From: an uncultured Bacillota bacterium
GTDB taxonomy: Bacteria > Bacillota > DTU025 > MWDF01
Length of the DNA: 64,000 nucleotides
Assembly: GCA_963823655.1 (NCBI GenBank)
Contig: CAWGMK010000005.1
Location: 25,439 to 89,438 of the forward strand
Reading direction: 5' to 3'
Both the position numbers and the translations under genes were made by a program. Shown one piece after another: positions 30,084 through 39,776 of this stretch (position 1 is its first letter; each line of letters opens with the position of its first letter). The notes below the pieces were generated by a model. It worked only from the letters and a program-made list of their open reading frames with translations. It did not search any database and was not told where the DNA came from.

Positions 30084-30449
30084 ATGCAAACATGTCCATT
30101 CTGCCAGAAGAGGGAAGTTATTGTTCAAAATGAGCTGGCTGAGGCTTTCTACGATGGCTATCCTGTATCGCCGGGCCATATGTTAATAGTCCCCAAGAGG
30201 CATATCAAATCTCTGTTTGAGGCCACAGTGGAAGAGAGAACTGCCCTTTGGGTACTGCTGTCCGAATGCAAGCGCATTTTGACAGAGGAACGCCAGCCTG
30301 ATGGCTTCAACATCGGCATCAACGACGGAATCGCAGCAGGGCAGACAGTAATGCACCTACATATTCACCTTATCCCGAGATTTCTGGGAGACATGGATAA
30401 TCCAAAAGGCGGAGTCAGAGGAGTAATACCATCTAAGCAAAAGTATTAA
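30084..30449 (+). CDS. HIT family nucleotide hydrolase
   Basis: CPFC, PVSPGHMLIVPKRH, AAGQTVMHLHIHLIPR (HxHxH), GGVR. Confidence 0.92.
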   Translation: MQTCPFCQKREVIVQNELAEAFYDGYPVSPGHMLIVPKRHIKSLFEATVEERTALWVLLSECKRILTEERQPDGFNIGINDGIAAGQTVMHLHIHLIPRFLGDMDNPKGGVRGVIPSKQKY

Positions 30450-30481
30450 TCTGAATTCCCATTTTCTTGGTATAAATGGAC

Positions 30482-30529
30482 ACGCTCCGCCGAAGAAGGA
30501 CAACTTCAAGGCGGAGCGTTTGTTTTATT
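30482..30529. terminator. Intrinsic terminator
   Basis: ACGCTCCGCC...GGCGGAGCGT followed by TTGTTTTATT. Confidence 0.7.
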
Positions 30530-30542
30530 AACGTGATTGCGA

Positions 30543-32063
30543 CTATAGGCTCTTGGCGAACGCCTCATAAACCCCGCCCTTGTTCAAAGCGCGGTACAGC
30601 TGTTGCTTCCTTGCCTGCAACTTATTATATTTGAGCACATCCTCCGCCACAGGAGAGAATATCCTCGGCTCGTCGCTAATCATGCCCTTGAATGCCGCTT
30701 CTATATCGCTGTGAACTCCAAGCGTAACCCAGGCTATCATTGCAGCTCCAAGGGATGACGCCTCGCTGTTCTGGTACCTAGCAACCCTCTTGTCGTAGAT
30801 ATTTGACTGCATCTGGCAGAACAGGTCGGACCTGACCATGCCGCCCGCCACACTAACCTCCTCGAACTCACCGATCATCTTCTCGATGAGCCCCAAGTCA
30901 TCGGAGATCTCCATGCCGATGCCCTCCTGAATTGCCCTGGCAAGTCCTCCCCTCTTGGTGTTCAGCCCTAGGTTGAAGAACAATCCCTTGGCAAGCGGGT
31001 TCCAGTATGGGGCGGCGCTTCCCTCGAAGTGGGGGATGAGCATCACCCCGTTTGCCCCGACCGCCGACTTTGCAGCATCTTCGTTCATCATCGGATAGGG
31101 GTTATCATATCCCTTAAGTTCTGGGTAGAACTGCTCCTTGAACCAGCGGTAGATGGAACCCGTGTTGAATATGCCGGCCTCAAGTATCCATTTTCCTGCC
31201 ACGGCCGATGCCTGGCACAGCACTCTGCACTGCTTGTCGAATGCAGGTTTGGACGAATAAGCTATTACGAAAGAGCCCGTCCCTGTATTCGCCTCTGCGT
31301 AGCCCTGCCTAATTACATTAAGCGCGACTGCCGCGTTCTGCTGATCGCCGCCGCACATTATTACGGGAATCCCAGCCTTAAGGCCGGTCCTTTTTGTTAA
31401 AGGCTCGAGCAGCCCTCCCGCGATGCTGCCCGGGGGCAACAACCTCGGAAGCTTATCCTGGTCTATGTCCGCAATCGCCAGAAGGTCCGAATCCCATGAG
31501 AACGTCTTGATGTTCATGAGCATAGTGCGGCAGGCCTGGCTCCAGTCCGTCTTGAACTCACCGGTGAGGAAGCTTACGACGTAATCCTGCACGCCGACCA
31601 GCTTCGCCGCCTTCGCATATATGTCAGGCCTGTTGGCTTTGAGCCACATGATCTTGGGAAGCACGAAATATGGGTTGATCCTAAGGCCTGTCTTTTTGTA
31701 GAGCGCCGGCAGGCCATATGTCTCATCAAGCCTTGCGCACTCCTTGATCGTCCTCTTATCCTGCCACATCATCGCGTTAGAGATGTGCTTCCCGTCCGCA
31801 CCGACCGGGATGAGGGACGATCTTTGGGATGTTACCGCAATGGCCTCGATTTCAAGCTTATGCTTTTTCGCATATTCCGCCGCATCCTTGAGCACCAGTG
31901 CCGAGGAATCAAGCCAGGTCTGAGGGTCCTGCTCTACATGGCCTGGCGCGGGGAATGTAGTGTGGTATTCGTAGCTGAAACTTTCCAACAATGAGCTGTC
32001 ATCCGCATAGATGACGGCTCTCATGCTGGAGGTCCCAATATCGAGGGTAATCAGGTGCTTCAC
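30543..32063 (-). CDS. FGGY family carbohydrate kinase
   Basis: LDIGTSS, EQDP, QRSS, MWQDKR, GDQQ, GTGS, APYWNP. Confidence 0.9.
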   Translation of the reverse strand: MKHLITLDIGTSSMRAVIYADDSSLLESFSYEYHTTFPAPGHVEQDPQTWLDSSALVLKDAAEYAKKHKLEIEAIAVTSQRSSLIPVGADGKHISNAMMWQDKRTIKECARLDETYGLPALYKKTGLRINPYFVLPKIMWLKANRPDIYAKAAKLVGVQDYVVSFLTGEFKTDWSQACRTMLMNIKTFSWDSDLLAIADIDQDKLPRLLPPGSIAGGLLEPLTKRTGLKAGIPVIMCGGDQQNAAVALNVIRQGYAEANTGTGSFVIAYSSKPAFDKQCRVLCQASAVAGKWILEAGIFNTGSIYRWFKEQFYPELKGYDNPYPMMNEDAAKSAVGANGVMLIPHFEGSAAPYWNPLAKGLFFNLGLNTKRGGLARAIQEGIGMEISDDLGLIEKMIGEFEEVSVAGGMVRSDLFCQMQSNIYDKRVARYQNSEASSLGAAMIAWVTLGVHSDIEAAFKGMISDEPRIFSPVAEDVLKYNKLQARKQQLYRALNKGGVYEAFAKSL

Positions 32064-32086
32064 TGGTAAACCTCCAAATAATCTTA

Positions 32087-33470
32087 CTAGACCAGGCCGG
32101 GCAGCACGCCGCTTAGCAGATGGAGGATGACGATCATCACCAGAGCTACTAGGCCTGCTATCGTTCCGCCTATCGTCCAGGTCTGGAAGGTCTGCTTAAT
32201 ATCGAATTTCGAGAAGCGGTTCACTACCCAGAAGCCGGAGTCGTTCGGAAGTGATACTCCGATGCCGCCTGCGCATATCGCAAGGCCGACGAGCACTGGG
32301 GATACTCCGGTAAGACCGCCAACGAGAGGTCCCATAAGAGCGGAGGTTGTTACTAGAGCAACGGTTGTCGAACCCTGTGCTGCGCGCAGTACCTGGCTGA
32401 TCACCCATGCCGAGATGATGAACAGCAGGCCGATGCTCGCGCCTGTTGCCATGCCCTGCATCTTCTCGAGCAGGAGCTTGCCGATGCCGGTCTCGTTAAT
32501 GACTTTGCCGAATGCTCCGCCTGCGCCGGTGATTGCGAGGATTACGCCAGACTGGGTGCAAGCGTCGGTGATGACTTCGCCGAAACCGCGCTTGAGGTAG
32601 GGGCTGAGCATGAAGTAGGCCACTAAGACACCGATGAGAAGGGCGATGTTCTTGTTGCCAAGGAAGTTAAGGACATTGTAAGCTGTGCTGCCCTTCGTGA
32701 GGAATACCTGAGGAGACGGTGCCGAGAAGGATTATCGCGATGGGAAGGAAGATAAGGAACAGGCCCAGGGCGCCGGACGGGCGCTTCTCTTTCTTCGAGG
32801 CGGGCTTTACTTCCTCTTCGTCAGCGAAAGCATCGGCGAAATCTGTTGCGTACTTCTTGTTCTTGCCCAGCATCTTGCCGTATAAGACGCCGCCAATGAG
32901 CGCTGCGGGCAAGGATACTACAATCGAATAAAGGACGAACCAACCGAGGTTTACTCCCATGTTGCCTGCGACCGCCAGAGGTCCGGGTGTCGGGATGACC
33001 AATGCATGTGTCGTGATAAGGCCTATTGCAAGGGCAGTTACCAGGGATATGAACGGGATCTTGCCCTTCTTGGACATCTGCTTTACCAGGTTGATGAGGA
33101 TGACGAATGCCGCATCGAAGAACACGGGGATCGATACCACATATCCGGTGAGGTTGATTGCGGTAACGGCGCCCTTCTGGCCCGTCATCTTGAGCATAAG
33201 GCCTGCAATCTCCTCGGTGCATCCCGTCTCATACAGAAGCTGTCCGAGAGCGACGCCGAGCACGATAATTATGCCGATGCCCTCCATCGTGCCTCCGAAG
33301 CCGGTGGCAAGGAACTTGTTGATGTCCCCGAGGGCCATCTTGCTCAGAAGACCCATCAGGATTGCGCCCAGTACCAGCGAGAGGAACGGGTGCATCTTGA
33401 ACTTGATAATCGTCACTAGGACGAACAGGATGGAGACTGCGAAAGCTACGAGCAACCAGGTGAGTGACAT
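32087..33470 (-). CDS. GntP family gluconate/sugar-acid permease; frameshift at ~32708
   Basis: KFKMHPFLSL, IPVFFD, PTPGP; second frame ITGAGGAFG, AQGSTTVA, NDSGFW. Confidence 0.87.
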
Positions 33471-33517
33471 GAAATTACCTCCTTAATTTACTCTATATGA
33501 ATGCGGGTTCGCGAAAC

Positions 33518-34355
33518 CTAGTTGAAGAAGAGCATGTACTTCTTTACTACTTCTTTTACGTACTTTGACCTGGTTAAGGCATACGGAGGAGAGGTGCGGC
33601 TGCTTGGCCTTTAGAAGCTCCGTTGTCTTCTCGACAGCGTATACGGAGATCTCGGTATTAACATTTATCTTGGTAATGCCGTTTTGGATGCACTCCTTTA
33701 TGGTCCCCTCCGGGAGTGCCGGAGCCGCCGTGCAGCACAAGCGGGATGCCGCAAGCTGCGTTGATCTTCTTGAGTATGTCTACTCTTATGTTAGGTTCGC
33801 CCTTGTAGAGGCCGTGCACCGTGCCGATCGAAACCGCGAGGGCATCGACACCGGTGATCTCCACGAATTCGCGCGCGCTATCGGGGTCGGTGTAGACCTG
33901 CTTGTCGTCCGTGCTGCCCTCATGTGATTTCTCGCCGGCGGCAAGGCTTCCAAGCTCTGCTTCAACGCTCACGCCGCAGGCATGGGCGACATCGCATACG
34001 GCCCTTGGTATTCTTGGCGTTCTGGGCGAAAGGAAGCGCCGATCCGTCATACATGACAGATCCGAATCCGGCCTTGATAGCCTGGAACACAACGTTCATG
34101 TCGGGGCAGTGGTCCAGGTGCATGCACACGGGTACAGAGTGATTTCTTGGCGAGGCTTTTGACAATGGCCACGAAAGTGTCGAGTGACATATTCTCCAGG
34201 TACTTGGCGCCGAATGCGAGGATTACAGGCCTGTTTAGCTCCTCGGCCGCCTCTATCGCGCCTTTTACCGTCTCGTAGCTGTATACATTGAAGGAGCCTA
34301 CAGCGTAATGTCCTTTTAGGGCATCATCGAGCATCCCCTTGAAGTTGGTAAGCAA
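33518..34355 (-). CDS. Class II fructose/tagatose-bisphosphate aldolase; about four frameshifts
   Basis: YAVGSFN, HLDH, SVMYDGS, VEAELG, T.VDALAVSIGTVHG, PLVLHGGSG, KINVNT spread over successive frames. Confidence 0.82.
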
Positions 34356-34483
34356 GTATCCATACCTCCATCACGTTGAGTTTGAATGCTATTAAACGCC
34401 TTTGAAGGGAACTGCTGTGGTTGATTACACAATGACTGCCGGTATGATAGGTATTCACTAATTTTCTAAAATTTCCTATATCT

Positions 34484-34520
34484 GCGGGCCCGCTTGAATA
34501 TCTAATTCGCGCGGGCCTGT
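34484..34520 (-). terminator. Intra-operon stem-loop
   Basis: GCGGGCCCGC...GCGGGCCTGT. Confidence 0.45.
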
Positions 34521-34531
34521 CAATCTGAGGC

Positions 34532-35626
34532 TTACTGAACGCTCTTAAGCCATGCCTTGAATGCGGGGTTCTCCAGCACTTCGGGGTTGACTATGAAGCG
34601 CGCTTTGCCGCCGGTAAGCAGGGCTGCGATGTCTTCTGCGAGCATATAGGGGGAATTTGTCAGCGCGTCGGCCGTCGTGCCGGCGATATGTGTTGTAAGG
34701 GTTACATTGTCCAGCTTGAGGTAGGGGCTGTTGGGGTCTATCGGCTCGGTGGTGAACACGTCGAGGGCCGCTCCCATGATCTTCCTCTCCTCAAGGGCCT
34801 TCGCGAGAGCGTCCTGGTCCACCAGGCCGGCCCTGCCGGTGTTAATGAGGTATGCAGTGGGCTTCATGAGGGCGATCTCCTTGGCACCGATCATCTTCTT
34901 GTTGTCCTCTGTCAGGCGAGCATGTATCGTGACGAAGTCTGATTCCTTCATCAGCTGGTCGAGCTCGACCTTCTTGCAGCCTGTGGCCTCGACGGACTCC
35001 TTGCTTGCGTACGGATCATAGACTATGGCGTTTACTTCGAAGCCGGAGAGCTTCTTTGCTACCAGGCGGCCGATATAGCCGAAACCGACTATGCCGACTG
35101 TCCTTCCGCCAAGCTCAGGCACCACGTCGGAGTTTACGAACTCCTTGCGCCATTTGCCGTTCTGTATAGCGTTGTGTGCCCTGGCGATATTGCGGCACTC
35201 GGCCAGCATCATGCCCACTGCGAAGTCCGATACCGCGTGCGAGTTGCGGCCCTGAACGTTGAACACGAGCACGCCGCGCTTGGTGGCCTCAGCTACGTTT
35301 ACGTTCTCGACGCCCGCACGGGAAACGCCTGCGATCTTAAGCTTGGGCATCGCGTCCATAACCTTGCTGGAAACGGGCAGGAAAAGGCCCATAAGAATTT
35401 CGGCGTCCTTGCCCTTGGCGAGGGATGCTTCGTCTATTGTGTCGACCTCAGGCCCGCGCTTTTCGATCTCAAGCCTTCTGTACTGCAGCTTATCCCAATT
35501 GGACTCCCAATCGCCTACTACTACGTCATCACCGAATGCGCTAAGGTGCTTTTTCCAGGCTTTGCCGAAACCGGCGCCCGGGATCATAGCGTCGCCTAGC
35601 AGGATAGCCTTGATATTCTTTGACAT
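34532..35626 (-). CDS. D-isomer-specific 2-hydroxyacid dehydrogenase (YoaD-like)
   Basis: RAGVEN, GIVGFGYIG, INTGRAG, GAALDVF..EP, TTHIAG. Confidence 0.9.
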   Translation of the reverse strand: MSKNIKAILLGDAMIPGAGFGKAWKKHLSAFGDDVVVGDWESNWDKLQYRRLEIEKRGPEVDTIDEASLAKGKDAEILMGLFLPVSSKVMDAMPKLKIAGVSRAGVENVNVAEATKRGVLVFNVQGRNSHAVSDFAVGMMLAECRNIARAHNAIQNGKWRKEFVNSDVVPELGGRTVGIVGFGYIGRLVAKKLSGFEVNAIVYDPYASKESVEATGCKKVELDQLMKESDFVTIHARLTEDNKKMIGAKEIALMKPTAYLINTGRAGLVDQDALAKALEERKIMGAALDVFTTEPIDPNSPYLKLDNVTLTTHIAGTTADALTNSPYMLAEDIAALLTGGKARFIVNPEVLENPAFKAWLKSVQ

Positions 35627-35703
35627 AGAAATCCACCTCCGCCATATATTCTTATGTGTTGGATTATCTTAATCGCTTGAGATGCCGCGACTTAGCTGAA
35701 AGC

Positions 35704-35754
35704 GTAGTAAAATTACTACAAGAAGAATATAGCGCGTAGTAAAACTTCTGTCAA
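35704..35754 (-). promoter_or_regulatory. Sigma70 promoter TTGACA-N17-TATATT with two RpiR/HexR-type operator copies
   Basis: Minus-strand -35 at 35749-35754 and -10 at 35726-35731; palindrome GTAGTAAAATTACTAC 35704-35719 and variant CGTAGTAAAACTTCTG 35735-35750. Confidence 0.75.
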
Positions 35755-35824
35755 CGGAATCTGGAAAAATCATACAGCCTTTGTGCAGGCACTATGATTG
35801 TGAAATAATTAATTAATGAAGTAA

Positions 35825-36683
35825 CTAGACTTTGTTAACCGCAACGGCGATCCTGGACTTCCTTATGTTCTCGGCTGCTTTTTCGCCCAACTTTACCATC
35901 ATGCTTATGTGCAGGATATCGATGATTACCAGCTGTATTATGCGGGAAGTCATGGCATCGGACCGAAATTCCGTCTCGAGCGAGGAGCTCAGGATAACGC
36001 AGTCTGCCCTGGTAGACAGGCTGGAGCGGGGATAGCTCGTAATTGCGCCCACAGGGCACTTCTGCTCCCTGGCGAAAGAGACGCCGCTTAATATTTCGCG
36101 GCTTTCGCCCGAGTGCGAGATTGCAATAAGCAGGTCGCGGTTAGTGAGGTTCATCGAGATTATGTTGATGAGGTGGGGGTCGTTGCAGCATATCACGTTT
36201 AGGCCGAGCTTGAGCATCTTGTGGTAGAAATCGTTGGCGATCGCAGCCGACGCCCCGACGCCTATTATGAGGACCTTCTTGGCCTTCATTATCATTTCTA
36301 TCATCTTCTCGACATCGGCAAGCTGTATGACCTGTCTGACTGTCGGTTATCGAGCGGACGGTCGACTGAAAAACCTTCTTCATTATGGTCTCGGTGCTGT
36401 CCTCCTGGGACACTTCCTCATATACGCCTGCCGACTTGCCGCCGGAGGTCTCCTGGGCGAGGTTTACGCGGAAGATCTGGTATGAGGAGTAATCGAGCTT
36501 GTGAAGGAAGCGGATTATCGTGGTCTCGCTTACATTGCATGCCGTTGCCACGTCGTTGAGGCTGCCCAGCATCACTGTCTTGGGGTTATTGAGAACATAG
36601 TCCGCAATCGTCTTCTGATTGGGAGAAAGCGTATTGTATCTGGTCCTGATAAGGCCGAAAACGGAAGTTGGCATGGACATCAT
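35825..36683 (-). CDS. MurR/RpiR family transcriptional regulator; frameshift at ~36335
   Basis: LSPNQKTIADY, VSETTIIRF (HTH); second frame GVGAS, ISHSGES, AITS (SIS). Confidence 0.88.
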
Positions 36684-36699
36684 CGCAACATTAGGTTAA

Positions 36700-36715
36700 C
36701 AGAAGTAAAACTACG
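36700..36715. promoter_or_regulatory. Third copy of the RpiR-type operator (autoregulation)
   Basis: CAGAAGTAAAACTACG; its reverse complement CGTAGTTTTACTTCTG matches the 35735 site at 13/16 positions. Confidence 0.6.
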
Positions 36716-36931
36716 GGGTAAATAGCAATGATAGAAATAATACAATTTTTGCCGTTAATTAGCCAAGTTAAGCCAAGAATTGTGCAGAATGGCCCTCCCC
36801 GATCTTATACGAAGGACAAAAGGCCGCCTTTCAAATATAATTGAATGAACGCGAAATTCCGGGTGCCGGCTCAAAGTGGCAATTGCCCTGCCGGCAGACT
36901 GAAATGACACAACAAAGCTTCGGAGGAAAAT

Positions 36932-38785
36932 GTGAAGACAGATGTGATAGTAATCGGAGCCGGCCTATCAGGCCTTGCTGCTGCGAGCTTGCTTGCAAAA
37001 CGGGGGCTCAAAGTGACAGTAGTGGAGCACACATTCAAGCCGGGCGGCTCATGCGGCATCTTCAAGCGCAATGGTGCGATATTCGACCAGGGCTCTGCAA
37101 TGATGTACGGCTTCGGCAAGAGAGGTTTCAACTCTCACCGCTTCATCTTCAACGCTCTTGAAGAGCCGATAGACGTAATAAAGAACGATTTCCTCTACGA
37201 TGTCTACTACAAGGGGAAGAGGATAAGATTCCACCACGACATCGACAAATACATAGATGAGCTGGCCCAGGTCTTCCCTCGCGAGAAGAATAACCTCAAG
37301 CGCTTCTATAAGGATATGCAAGCACTTTACGAAAACGTAATAGCCGGGGATCCGAACTTCACCACGCCCGACCAGACGGACCCCAAGGACGGGCTCAGAC
37401 AGGTAATGAAGCATCCCGTATCCTTTGCCAAGTTTCTGAGCTTCCTTAATAGAAGCACCAAGAGCGTACTCAAAGCCTATTTCAAGGATGATGAGATCCT
37501 TTCATACTTCAACAAGCTCACCTCTACATACTGCTACACTGACGTGGCCGAGACGCCCGCCGTTATGGCTGCCGTCATGTTCGTGGACAATCACATGGGA
37601 GGAAGCTTCTACCCGAAGGGCTCCACCATGTTCGTTCCTGGCAAGCTCGAAAAGTCGATCGAGGAGAACGGCGGCCTTATGCTCTACGAAAAGACCGTCA
37701 CCAAGATCATAATCGAGGACAACCGCGCCAAAGGCGTCGTGCTTGACGACGGGAGCGAGATTAGGGCCGATTACGTGGTCTATTCCGGCACCGTATGGAA
37801 CCTGTACGGCAAGCTTTTGGACAAGGCAGTAGTCACCGAACGCAGGGCTAAATGGGCCGCCCGGATGAGGGCATCATATCCGAGCGTGGTCATGTACACG
37901 ATAGTCAAAAAGGACGTTATCCCTGCTGGTACAAGCCCGATAACGCTCTTTTCGAACGATAAGGACGGCCTCGACGACAGCGAGGTCACCACCTACATAT
38001 TCAGCATAGACGAGCCTGGGCTTTGCCCTTCCGACTGCCATGTCGTCACCGCAATCGGGCCCACCTACAAGGGCTGGCCGGAATACTCCGAAGGATATGA
38101 GAAGTCAGAGCACTACAAGGCCATGAAGAAGGCCGAGGAGGAGCGCCTGCTTGCGCTTCTTGAGTCGAAATTCCCCGGCTTCAGGAAAGCAGTGGTCCAC
38201 AAGGAAGTGTCGACTCCGCTTACCATAGAGAAGTACGCCATGAAGAACAAGGGCAGCGTGGCGGGCCCTTTGCAGGCAATGGGACAGCACATGTTCCGCA
38301 GGCTTCACATAAAGTCAGAGTACGCAGGGCTTTTCTGCTGCGGCGAATCTACGATCCTGGGAACGGGCACCCCGACTGTAACGGTATCTGGCATCAGCGC
38401 AGCAAATGCGATATTGAAAGAGAAGGGCCTTGAGCGGTTCAAGTTCCATGAAGGTATGAAGGATTACGTGAAGGAGCTTCCAGCTCACAGGCCTGGCGAA
38501 AAGGCAGCGCCTCTGTTGGCATCGGACGCGCCGGAGCTAACCCGGAAGGCGTTCAGGTGCGAATACTGCGATAAGCCGTCGTGCATGGTCGGTATCGAGC
38601 TTGATATAAGGGGCATAAACAGAAGGCTGTCTGTGGGCAACCTCGTAGGGGCAAGAAGGCTTCTTGAGGGCAAATCCCCAAGCGCCCAGGAACTGACCGA
38701 TGCCGAGGACAGGTGCATCCTGGCCTCAAGCGGAAAGCCTGTCGAGATTTCGGAAATAGTTGTCGGCCTCAAATCCCTTGGCTAG
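36932..38785 (+). CDS. Phytoene desaturase/CrtI-like FAD oxidoreductase with C-terminal Cys-rich extension
   Basis: VIVIGAGLSGL, PGGSCG, FDQG, YPKG, TPLT, GLFCCGES..GTG; tail RCEYCDKPSC. Confidence 0.82.
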   Translation: MKTDVIVIGAGLSGLAAASLLAKRGLKVTVVEHTFKPGGSCGIFKRNGAIFDQGSAMMYGFGKRGFNSHRFIFNALEEPIDVIKNDFLYDVYYKGKRIRFHHDIDKYIDELAQVFPREKNNLKRFYKDMQALYENVIAGDPNFTTPDQTDPKDGLRQVMKHPVSFAKFLSFLNRSTKSVLKAYFKDDEILSYFNKLTSTYCYTDVAETPAVMAAVMFVDNHMGGSFYPKGSTMFVPGKLEKSIEENGGLMLYEKTVTKIIIEDNRAKGVVLDDGSEIRADYVVYSGTVWNLYGKLLDKAVVTERRAKWAARMRASYPSVVMYTIVKKDVIPAGTSPITLFSNDKDGLDDSEVTTYIFSIDEPGLCPSDCHVVTAIGPTYKGWPEYSEGYEKSEHYKAMKKAEEERLLALLESKFPGFRKAVVHKEVSTPLTIEKYAMKNKGSVAGPLQAMGQHMFRRLHIKSEYAGLFCCGESTILGTGTPTVTVSGISAANAILKEKGLERFKFHEGMKDYVKELPAHRPGEKAAPLLASDAPELTRKAFRCEYCDKPSCMVGIELDIRGINRRLSVGNLVGARRLLEGKSPSAQELTDAEDRCILASSGKPVEISEIVVGLKSLG

Positions 38786-38870
38786 GCTCTGTTGCCTGGG
38801 TGGGGCGTAAGGCCCGGGGTGCTGGGCTTGAAACGCGGATGGGGACCGGCTTTCGCGCTTCTAGTGGACA

Positions 38871-38890
38871 TATTGCAATCATGTGCAATA
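38871..38890. promoter_or_regulatory. Inverted repeat TATTGCA-N6-TGCAATA, possible operator
   Basis: Perfect 7-bp inverted repeat about 75 nt upstream of the aldolase gene. Confidence 0.4.
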
Positions 38891-38966
38891 ATGAATAGGT
38901 CAGGGCAGCGGACATTTCCACAGAGTGGATTTGCGATGTCCCTTACAATCAACGGAGGTAATCAAA

Positions 38967-39623
38967 ATGGCAGCGGATCCAAGGCATGATATAGTCACAA
39001 CCGGGCAGTACCTGCTCTCTCACCAGCTTGCATGGGGAAGCACCGGCAACATCAGCGCCCGCTTCGACGACCACTCCTTCTTCATCAGCGCATCAGGCGC
39101 GGGGCTGGGCACGCTGGCAGTTGACAGCCTTGCGTTATGCAGGGTCAACGGCGAGAAGATAGCGACTACGGTCACCCCCTCCAAGGAGTTCAAGGTGCAC
39201 GCCGCGATCTACCGCAACGACCCCAAGGCCAACGCCGTAATACACACCTCGCCGCCCTACACGTCCCTAATAGCTGCGGCCCAGGCGGGGCCGAAGCTTT
39301 CTGTGGCGTACTTCATCGAAGCTGCCGTGATGCTTCAGAGGATCGCATGGATCCCGTTCATGCTCCCCGGAAGCCCGGAGATCGAGGAAGCAGTGGGCGA
39401 GGCGTCAAAGACATGTGACGTAATCGTAATGCAGAACCATGGGATAATGGTCACTGCCGATTCGATACGCAAAGCCCTCAACAAGGTGGATACGATGGAG
39501 TTTCTCTGCAAGATGCTCATAACCGCCAAGTCCGCGGGCATAGAGCTGAGGCAGATGACGCCCGAGGAAGTCGAGAGGCTGCTTACGGACTCAAGGCAGA
39601 GGAATCTGAATTACGGCTCCTAA
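38967..39623 (+). CDS. Class II aldolase/adducin family protein (HTS variant)
   Basis: GNISAR, PSKE..VH, IHTS, NHG; GGAGGT RBS before ATG 38967. Confidence 0.85.
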   Translation: MAADPRHDIVTTGQYLLSHQLAWGSTGNISARFDDHSFFISASGAGLGTLAVDSLALCRVNGEKIATTVTPSKEFKVHAAIYRNDPKANAVIHTSPPYTSLIAAAQAGPKLSVAYFIEAAVMLQRIAWIPFMLPGSPEIEEAVGEASKTCDVIVMQNHGIMVTADSIRKALNKVDTMEFLCKMLITAKSAGIELRQMTPEEVERLLTDSRQRNLNYGS

Positions 39624-39697
39624 TCGATATAATTACCCTCATGTCAGGGCGTACCTCTGCAGGACGCTGCACAGGATGGCCTGATAACGATTACTAT

Positions 39698-39737
39698 CGC
39701 CGCTGCGGCAGTTCACAGGGAAATTGCGGCAGCGGCG
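39698..39737 (+). terminator. Probable terminator hairpin
   Basis: CGCCGCTGC...GCAGCGGCG followed by TTATGTTTT. Confidence 0.5.
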
Positions 39738-39776
39738 TTATGTTTTAGAAGCTGCAGCTGGCAGGCAGATAAGGCG

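Noticed and set aside
27130-30540. Defence cassette as a mobile element with att sites
   Set aside because: No integrase, transposase, flanking direct repeats or tRNA visible.
33518-34355. Programmed ribosomal frameshifting or true pseudogene
   Set aside because: No slippery-site/stimulator pattern, catalytic motifs are intact, and similar indels occur throughout the window.
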